Shown piece by piece: positions 25,072 to 31,398 of a stretch of DNA of 31,398 nucleotides. Every line of letters starts with the position of its first letter. The stretch's first letter is position 1. The notes under the pieces are model-generated. The model was not told the DNA's origin and ran no database searches. It saw nothing but the letters and a program-made list of their open reading frames with translations. The stretch is taken from IMG/VR virus record IMGVR_UViG_3300020045_007319, positions 1-31,398 of that record. One strand, written 5' to 3'. Source of the DNA: a virus (lineage: Duplodnaviria; Caudoviricetes). The position numbers and the translations under genes were made by a program.

Positions 25072-26310
25072 TTATATTACTTTAGGTTCAAGCCCAATTT
25101 CATTTCTAGCTTCATCAATAGACATAACACCAGAAGCCACATATGAATTTAATACCTGTGATTCTACTACCTTGTCATCTTTTACATCTTCGTCATACCA
25201 TAATAAAAGATTCTCATCATACATAGGCAATAACTTCTCATTTATCTTTTCACACATCTTTCTCAACTTAGGTATAATTGTATAAACCATATATTGATAA
25301 TGACTTACAGAAGCAGAAGCATAATTTGCATTATTTAAACTCACCAAACTTTCAGGAACACCAAATGAATTAATTATTTCGTTTCTAGCCCATTCTCTTC
25401 CGGTTTTATAATCCATGTCTAACGGTGAAAAACCAATAGGCAATATAGTACATTCACTTGTAATTAAAGGTTTGCCAGAATTTTTAACAGTACCGAATTT
25501 TTTATGAAAGGCATTAACAATATCTTTTTGCTCTTGTTCGTTTAATGGCTGCTTAAAAGACACAATAAAATCTGGTCTGGCATTATTTTTATTTAAAGCA
25601 GCTTCTCTATTGTCATAATAATTATATCTATTAACAGCAGCAATACATGATTCTAATTCTCCTCTTCCTGAAACTATAGAACCAACTTGGTAATTATTAA
25701 AATGTATTATTTCATCTATAGAATAAATAGTATCTTTTCCGTTATAACAATATTTATATGATTCTATATTGCCATTAACATCTAGCATTATTGTAACATA
25801 TTCAGATAGAAGGGGATAAAGGGCAACTGGAATTCCTGAATCATCTTTTTCTATTCTAACATAAGCATTACCAATTAAACCTAGATATTGTTGAACTAGA
25901 GAAATTAAATCTGTGTAGTTCATTGTATCATTAACTTTATTCATTAAATCTAGGAATGGGTGGCTAACTATTTCTACTAAGTCTTGGTCTTCATTAGTTT
26001 TAATTGTTAGTTTCTTTAGGTCAATAGATTTTAATTGTTTATGAGGGGTTAATAATTTCTTTGATTTAGATTTTTTGTAATATAATTTTAATGGGGTAGT
26101 AGCAATTATATTAGCATTTTTATTATTACAAATACTAACCCAATGATTATTTTCTCTAACTAATGAAACTGGTGTATAAACTAATGCTCTATAATTGTCA
26201 CCTGAAATTATTTGATATGGGCTATATTGATTATAAAATGTATTACCTTCAATATTAGCTGCTTTTACTGTAAGTTTGGGAAAGACTTTCGAAATAAATG
26301 ATTTAAACAT
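25072..26310 (-). CDS. Portal protein, HK97 family
   Basis: LIGNAY, EIIHF, FGVPESLV, MSIDEARNEIGLEP motifs. Confidence 0.93.
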   Translation of the reverse strand: MFKSFISKVFPKLTVKAANIEGNTFYNQYSPYQIISGDNYRALVYTPVSLVRENNHWVSICNNKNANIIATTPLKLYYKKSKSKKLLTPHKQLKSIDLKKLTIKTNEDQDLVEIVSHPFLDLMNKVNDTMNYTDLISLVQQYLGLIGNAYVRIEKDDSGIPVALYPLLSEYVTIMLDVNGNIESYKYCYNGKDTIYSIDEIIHFNNYQVGSIVSGRGELESCIAAVNRYNYYDNREAALNKNNARPDFIVSFKQPLNEQEQKDIVNAFHKKFGTVKNSGKPLITSECTILPIGFSPLDMDYKTGREWARNEIINSFGVPESLVSLNNANYASASVSHYQYMVYTIIPKLRKMCEKINEKLLPMYDENLLLWYDEDVKDDKVVESQVLNSYVASGVMSIDEARNEIGLEPKVI

Positions 26311-26367
26311 TTATATATTTTCTCCTACGATTATTAAAATTATGCATAAAAATGATATATCACTTAG

Positions 26368-26379
26368 AATAGTATAAAA
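26368..26379 (-). promoter_or_regulatory. Putative late promoter motif
   Basis: Exact TTTTATACTATT upstream of the portal gene. Confidence 0.7.
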
Positions 26380-26402
26380 AATTATTATTAAATTGTATTA
26401 TT

Positions 26403-27395
26403 TTACCAACCGACTCCTATAACCAATCCAGACTTTCTAACAATATCTCTTTGATGATTATATTTTGAGGCTAATGGTGTAGTAAATTCTGTTGCATGAT
26501 ATTTTAAATTAGGATTAGAATCATGAAATCTTTGTATCCAATTAATTAAATCACTATCACTTAATTCGTCACCGTTATATGGATGTTTATATGATTGCAA
26601 TTGTACGAAGTCACAAGATAGTCCTTTAACTAAATCTGGATCAGTTAAATGAACAGATACAGGAAGTGAAGGAAAACATTTTCTACAATAATCTATAGCT
26701 CTCTGTAATTTTTTAACATCTTTACCAACTAACTTCTCTGCTTCCCAAGATGCTGTAACTGAGTGAACCGAATTAGGATATGTTCCATTATTCTTCATAT
26801 CTGTTTCATACCATTCTCCAATTATTTTTACAGCCTTTTGCCAATCTGAAGAATCTGGGTCATTCCATTTATTTAAATCATCTCCACAAGCTAACACCAT
26901 ACTAGGAGAAAACTTTTTAAATACCCACCAAACTGCACACCAATGAGCTATTAAATCAGGATTCAATCTTCCATTACCTAATAAATTGTTATATCTTGCT
27001 CCGGGAAAAGGACTTACAATGCCTCTTGAATCATTATTTAAGAATAACATAGGAGCCCAAGAACAATTAGGGTTAATTAATCTCATAGCATTTAAAATTT
27101 CATTTCTTTGATTATCCATTTCTTTATCTTTATCATGAGAGTGAAGATTAAATGATAATAGATTAAATAAAGAATTTCTTCCTGAACCACCTTTTACCCA
27201 ACCTTCTTTATCTTTAACGAAGAAGACTGTATCTTGCTTGCCATTATTATTTGTTGTGTTTGTATTAGTTGTAGTTGTTTGAGTTGTAGTAGGAATAGGA
27301 ATAGTTATTAATGTTGTAGTTGAAGTAGTTGTTGTAGGCTTATATTTATTTATTAATTCTTTTAGTTTATTTAATATATTAGAGAAGAATGACAT
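26403..27395 (-). CDS. Hypothetical protein with Thr-rich linker and possible glycoside-hydrolase-like alpha/beta barrel
   Basis: Amphipathic N-terminal helix, poly-Thr/Asn tract, then alternating strands and helices with SWEAE and ATEF glutamates. Confidence 0.45.
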   Translation of the reverse strand: MSFFSNILNKLKELINKYKPTTTTSTTTLITIPIPTTTQTTTTNTNTTNNNGKQDTVFFVKDKEGWVKGGSGRNSLFNLLSFNLHSHDKDKEMDNQRNEILNAMRLINPNCSWAPMLFLNNDSRGIVSPFPGARYNNLLGNGRLNPDLIAHWCAVWWVFKKFSPSMVLACGDDLNKWNDPDSSDWQKAVKIIGEWYETDMKNNGTYPNSVHSVTASWEAEKLVGKDVKKLQRAIDYCRKCFPSLPVSVHLTDPDLVKGLSCDFVQLQSYKHPYNGDELSDSDLINWIQRFHDSNPNLKYHATEFTTPLASKYNHQRDIVRKSGLVIGVGW

Positions 27396-27413
27396 AATAT
27401 GGTTCCTTTGTGT

Positions 27414-27427
27414 TTAATAGTATAAGA
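27414..27427 (-). promoter_or_regulatory. Putative late promoter motif (one mismatch)
   Basis: TCTTATACTATT in the 36-bp gap between TerL and 26403..27395. Confidence 0.6.
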
Positions 27428-27431
27428 ATCG

Positions 27432-28652
27432 TTACTCATCATATTCTATAAATGTTGCAAATGCTCTTGGTCTAGTTAATTCTTGTACTTTATTGTTTAA
27501 TAGTTGCATAGTTAAATATCTACTTGCATCACATAAATGGTCTTCTATTTTAATTGGCTTATGTGTTTTTTTATCATATGAATAATTTTCTAATTGTTTT
27601 ATTAAAGTAACACATTGACTATTTATTGTAAAATTAGCAGAATTAATTTTATCTCTCATTAATTCTATACCGGGCTCTACAGGATTTTTAGCAGGAATTA
27701 CATTAAATCCTTTAGCCATAAATTCTGCAATAAGTCCAGAAGCAGAAGGGTCAATAACAATATCTTTCGTATACTTAAAAAATTTATCTGTTATATCTTG
27801 CACTATTTCTGAATTTAATTTTTTGTTATGATAATATTCTTCTATGCAATGAAGTGATTCTCCGTCATATCCAACTAATAAAGCAGCAGTATGATTTTTA
27901 AATCCATAATCTAATCCTATCATATAATGTTTAAACTCACTATCATTCTTATCTATTATATTTTTATTCCTATCAAAGTTTGGATAAATAGCATCTTCAA
28001 GTGCAACCCAAAGTCCTTCCACATATTTTTGTTTCATTATTCCTGTTAGAGAATTTAAATCTGAAATATAATCAGCAGGAAGATATGTGTTCTCATTAGA
28101 ATTCCCTATAATTACTTCTGTATCTTTATTAGCATTAGAAAAGAATATATTGTAAAGGAAGTGATTTTGGTTGGACGGGTTTGTCACTGCACATATTTGT
28201 CTAGAACCTAATGGATTCCTTAAACGATATTTTAATTCTCTCCAATCTGATTCTAATAATTCTGAAGCTTCATCAATATAAACTCCACCTAGATTTAATG
28301 AACGAATTTTAGTATCTACGTCTAGCCCACCATACATGATTCTTCCACCTCCATGAATATCTATATAATGGTCCTGTCTATTCATCTTATAACTTCCTTG
28401 AGGTAATAATGGTTGGAAGTTACCTTGAGGTTCTATTAGGCTTGACAATGTAGAACTTTTAAGAGAGGTTAATGTTTTACGACAAAGGAATACTAAGTTA
28501 TTGGGTATAAGGGCTTGCTGTAACATTTTAATACATAACATAGTACTCTTACCATTCCCGAATCCCCCTGAATATAATACTTGTTTAGCATTAGACTTTA
28601 GGAATTGGTATTGTGTTTTAAATGGTTTGAATTCTCTAGTTATATCTGTCAT
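27432..28652 (-). CDS. terL: Terminase large subunit, PBSX-like
   Basis: Walker A GGFGNGKS, Walker B VYIDEASE, TNP motif, nuclease GLDYG, DPSA, DHLCDASRY. Confidence 0.95.
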   Translation of the reverse strand: MTDITREFKPFKTQYQFLKSNAKQVLYSGGFGNGKSTMLCIKMLQQALIPNNLVFLCRKTLTSLKSSTLSSLIEPQGNFQPLLPQGSYKMNRQDHYIDIHGGGRIMYGGLDVDTKIRSLNLGGVYIDEASELLESDWRELKYRLRNPLGSRQICAVTNPSNQNHFLYNIFFSNANKDTEVIIGNSNENTYLPADYISDLNSLTGIMKQKYVEGLWVALEDAIYPNFDRNKNIIDKNDSEFKHYMIGLDYGFKNHTAALLVGYDGESLHCIEEYYHNKKLNSEIVQDITDKFFKYTKDIVIDPSASGLIAEFMAKGFNVIPAKNPVEPGIELMRDKINSANFTINSQCVTLIKQLENYSYDKKTHKPIKIEDHLCDASRYLTMQLLNNKVQELTRPRAFATFIEYDE

Positions 28653-28656
28653 TATT

Positions 28657-29196
28657 TTAATCTGGCAATGAAATTTTTAATAAGTAGGTGTTTTGTATTT
28701 CTTTTTGTTTATCAGCAGAATCACCAGCAATATCTGTTAAAAGTGAAACAGCTCTTACTTTTGTATCTTCACTTGTTCCTTGAGAATTAATAATCATGGC
28801 TAATATTTTCTTACGTTGTTCTAAATCTGGTACTTCTATGTTTAATTCTTTAGAGCTTTTACAATCATAAGCCATTTTTTCTTTTAGATTATATATTTTC
28901 ACCAAATCATATAGATAAGTTTCTGGTATATTTAATATTTTTGCCATTTTATCACCTGGAATACCCTGTAATAACTGTAAATATATATCGTTTGCAATTT
29001 TATCTCTATTGGTAAAGTTCCTTATTTTTCTACATTTAGGATCTTTTTTCGATTTCCCTTCCTTCTTTGTATATTTTCTCTTTACTTTAACAACAATCTC
29101 AGGCTGTTCTGTATTATTAGTGCTTCCAATTGTATTCTCAATATTATTAACTGTAGTATTTTCCGACATATTATTATTTGTTTCTTTATCATCCAT
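28657..29196 (-). CDS. terS: Terminase small subunit (putative)
   Basis: Directly upstream of TerL; HTH-like LLQGIPGDKMAKILNIPETYLY. Confidence 0.65.
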   Translation of the reverse strand: MDDKETNNNMSENTTVNNIENTIGSTNNTEQPEIVVKVKRKYTKKEGKSKKDPKCRKIRNFTNRDKIANDIYLQLLQGIPGDKMAKILNIPETYLYDLVKIYNLKEKMAYDCKSSKELNIEVPDLEQRKKILAMIINSQGTSEDTKVRAVSLLTDIAGDSADKQKEIQNTYLLKISLPD

Positions 29197-29495
29197 TATT
29201 TTTTCTCTATATTGTTTATGAAAGGTTTTTTATTAATTAGGTTTATTAGGTTATTTATGAATATTTCGTTAATATCTTTAGTATTTATAATTATCCCATA
29301 TTCTTCTATTTTTATATAACCTTCTCCTGCTTTTATTTTATCTTCTGTAATAATAGTATTTAAATAATTGCCTTTTCTAAAATGTTCTATCCTGACATGA
29401 GATTGTATTCCTACTTTTAAAAGTTCTTTATGTAGTAATACACCATCTTTTAAGAATCCTCCACAACATTTATTTATGACATATATTATTAACAT
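29196..29495 (-). CDS. Hypothetical protein, 99 aa
   Basis: Tightly coupled between the glycosyltransferase and TerS; CCGG motif. Confidence 0.65.
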   Translation of the reverse strand: MLIIYVINKCCGGFLKDGVLLHKELLKVGIQSHVRIEHFRKGNYLNTIITEDKIKAGEGYIKIEEYGIIINTKDINEIFINNLINLINKKPFINNIEKK

Positions 29496-29498
29496 AGT

Positions 29499-31028
29499 TT
29501 ATTTTCCAAAGAAAGAATAATAATATTTACCGATATGTCTAAGAATGATTGAAGTGTCAGCATATATTTTATATCCATCGTTTTTAGCTATCTGACAAAA
29601 AGCCCAATCTTCACTCAATAGTTTTCTAAGATTAGGTTTATCCTTATTTTTAAATTCAAATATTCCTACTGCACAGAAATTATATACTGTTTTCCCTTTA
29701 GCTCCTTCATCTCCAGTATAAGATAATTCTGGATGTTTATTAACAATATCTTCTAGCATTCCTCTTTTTAGCATCCAGCATCCACTAGATAGCCATAACA
29801 TTTCTCTTAGTCCTGAATCAAATTTTATATCTGTAATTGTTTGGTCTGCCGTAACAGAAGAGCACCTAGGGACTTTATCCATTGATTTTAATTGGTACAA
29901 ACCTCCATTGAAATCTTTATCACCTGCAACTAATTTATCGAATATATTATTATCTCTAGTACAATTCCCTATTTCTAAGTCTGAATCTATAGAGCAAAAG
30001 AATTGGTGGTCTTTATGTTCTTGGAGGAATTTTGACATATGTATATTCCGACAACGTTGTATAAGTGAATCTCCACAAGTATTATGAATTAGAATTTGGT
30101 GTTTAGAAGAACCTATTGCTTGATATAGAGAGGACATAAAAGAGAATTCTGGACGGTCTAATATAGGGATTGAACAGAATATTTTTTGAGGTTCGTGTTT
30201 TATTTCAACAATTTTCTTTTCTTCTTTTATTGGTTGTATTGGTTGTATTGGTTTGTCACTTATGATTTTATTTTCTTTATTAAAATATTGTCCTTTTGGG
30301 TCAATTAATTCCCATTTTTCTTTAAATGTTGGCAATCCTTTTATTTTCCCGTTCTCTAATTTTCCATCATAATAATCGGGCTTAAGAATTAATTTCTTTT
30401 TATTTTTTAATTTTAATAAGTCAAATAGATTTGCAAAACAACTATCTATACAAACAATTTCTTCTGCTTTCTCTGCAATTAATATCCAATCCATTATATT
30501 ATCTGTCTGGGTAGTTATCTCTATTAGATTGCTATTGTTTTCATTCTTTAGTTTAATAACCCTATCAGAAGCAATTAGGTGTGCTAGGGTATATTTACAA
30601 TCTTTATTTGTTCCTATTACTCTGTCAAATAATTCCTGTTCTCTTTCTATATTTCTATTTACGTTAAAATTCCATTTGTTTTCGAATGGCACATTTCCCA
30701 AAAAATATTTATAAGCATCGAATGATAATTTTTTCTGGTTATCATATGCTTCAGTATTCTTTTTATCAGAATCATTAAAATGAAAATCCGTGTCTATTAT
30801 AAAATCACAATCTTTCATTACTTCTATAGCTTGGGTTCTACTATTATGTGGAACTGCTTTTATTGGAATATACTTAATATAGTCTGAGAATTGCTTACAT
30901 GAATTTTCGTATTGTTTACAGATTGGGAAGATAATATCTGTTTTATAAAGGGAATGAAGATATTCTGCCATTCCATTTAAAATTACTATATCTCCGAGTT
31001 TGGCTGTGTTTAAGATTCCTACTGACAT
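29499..31028 (-). CDS. Two-domain glycosyltransferase (GT-B/GT9-like N half plus GT-A/GT2-like C half)
   Basis: N half KLGDIV...IVCIDSCFANL; C half FCSIDSDL (DxD), SGCWMLKR, LSEDWAFC, IYADTSIILRHIG. Confidence 0.8.
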   Translation of the reverse strand: MSVGILNTAKLGDIVILNGMAEYLHSLYKTDIIFPICKQYENSCKQFSDYIKYIPIKAVPHNSRTQAIEVMKDCDFIIDTDFHFNDSDKKNTEAYDNQKKLSFDAYKYFLGNVPFENKWNFNVNRNIEREQELFDRVIGTNKDCKYTLAHLIASDRVIKLKNENNSNLIEITTQTDNIMDWILIAEKAEEIVCIDSCFANLFDLLKLKNKKKLILKPDYYDGKLENGKIKGLPTFKEKWELIDPKGQYFNKENKIISDKPIQPIQPIKEEKKIVEIKHEPQKIFCSIPILDRPEFSFMSSLYQAIGSSKHQILIHNTCGDSLIQRCRNIHMSKFLQEHKDHQFFCSIDSDLEIGNCTRDNNIFDKLVAGDKDFNGGLYQLKSMDKVPRCSSVTADQTITDIKFDSGLREMLWLSSGCWMLKRGMLEDIVNKHPELSYTGDEGAKGKTVYNFCAVGIFEFKNKDKPNLRKLLSEDWAFCQIAKNDGYKIYADTSIILRHIGKYYYSFFGK

Positions 31029-31033
31029 AATTT

Positions 31034-31135
31034 TAACTCCTTTATATTCATAACCCCTTTTAACTAAATATGGAAGTTGGAGATTTTGCTATAAAAGGAG
31101 TTAGCAAAAATAACAAATTTTCTACTCCAACATAT
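31034..31135 (-). promoter_or_regulatory. Structured 5' leader with anti-SD loop
   Basis: Stems GTTGGAG/CTCCAAC and TTTTGCTA/TAGCAAAA; loop region TAACTCCTTT (31094-31103) is complementary to the SD AAAGGAGTTA (31034-31043). Confidence 0.55.
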
Positions 31136-31158
31136 ATTTTATATTACTTCCTTATTAA

Positions 31159-31170
31159 CATAGTATAAAA
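31159..31170 (-). promoter_or_regulatory. Putative late promoter motif (one mismatch)
   Basis: TTTTATACTATG upstream of the glycosyltransferase-terminase unit. Confidence 0.6.
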
Positions 31171-31374
31171 TTATTCTACCTTATTTACTTTCTTTTTTGA
31201 TTTATGTTTTTCGACTTCTTTACGTTCTTTACGTTGCTCTTTTTCTATAAGCCATTCACGATTACCTAGAAGAGAAAGAAGAGAAAGACGAGTATAAAAA
31301 TCTATTTGACTGTTTATTATATCTTCACGTGATACAGGTCCATCAATTATGTCTTGGTAGGTTATACGACTCAT
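31171..31374 (-). CDS. Hypothetical protein with basic C-terminus, 67 aa
   Basis: SD AAAGGAG; first gene of the late region on the circle. Confidence 0.7.
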   Translation of the reverse strand: MSRITYQDIIDGPVSREDIINSQIDFYTRLSLLSLLGNREWLIEKEQRKERKEVEKHKSKKKVNKVE

Positions 31375-31398
31375 TATATTTACTCCTTTTTATATATT
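31278..31398. repeat. Terminal direct repeat, copy 2
   Basis: Matches bases 1-121. Confidence 0.95.

Noticed and set aside
5118-30714. Other short shadow ORFs (5118, 5858, 8345, 13599, 23114, 24136, 28605, 29009, 30529)
   Set aside because: They lie antisense or out of frame within well-supported genes, with no start signals or motifs
1-31398. tRNA, rRNA, integrase, tail sheath, transposase
   Set aside because: No recognisable sequence or motif for any of these

Overview
The window looks like a complete, circularly assembled, very AT-rich dsDNA tailed-phage genome of about 31,277 bp (bases 1-121 recur at 31278-31398). A small early/regulatory region (about 250-4490) holds a sigma-70-type factor, an HNH nuclease, a probable PD-(D/E)XK nuclease and small ORFs. 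A long minus-strand late region holds a two-domain glycosyltransferase, TerS/TerL, an HK97-type portal, protease and major capsid protein, neck proteins, a short tail tube, a frameshifting tail chaperone, tape measure, tail tip, accessory and membrane proteins. I recognise no integrase, repressor, replication enzyme or canonical endolysin. The most unusual features are: (i) three HK97-fold capsid paralogs, one with a poly-serine tail behind an in-frame TGA and one fused through poly-serine to a LamG domain; (ii) long mixed-codon poly-serine tracts on five late proteins, co-encoded with a glycosyltransferase and an FkbM methyltransferase, suggesting (inference) a phage-encoded virion O-glycosylation/decoration system; (iii) a 12-bp motif TTTTATACTATT upstream of nine late transcription units; (iv) a structured glycosyltransferase leader whose hairpin loop is complementary to its own Shine-Dalgarno; (v) a probable ~95-nt sRNA and a perfect 27-bp inverted repeat bracketing the early region. 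All protein calls come from motif recognition and synteny by eye; no database search was run.
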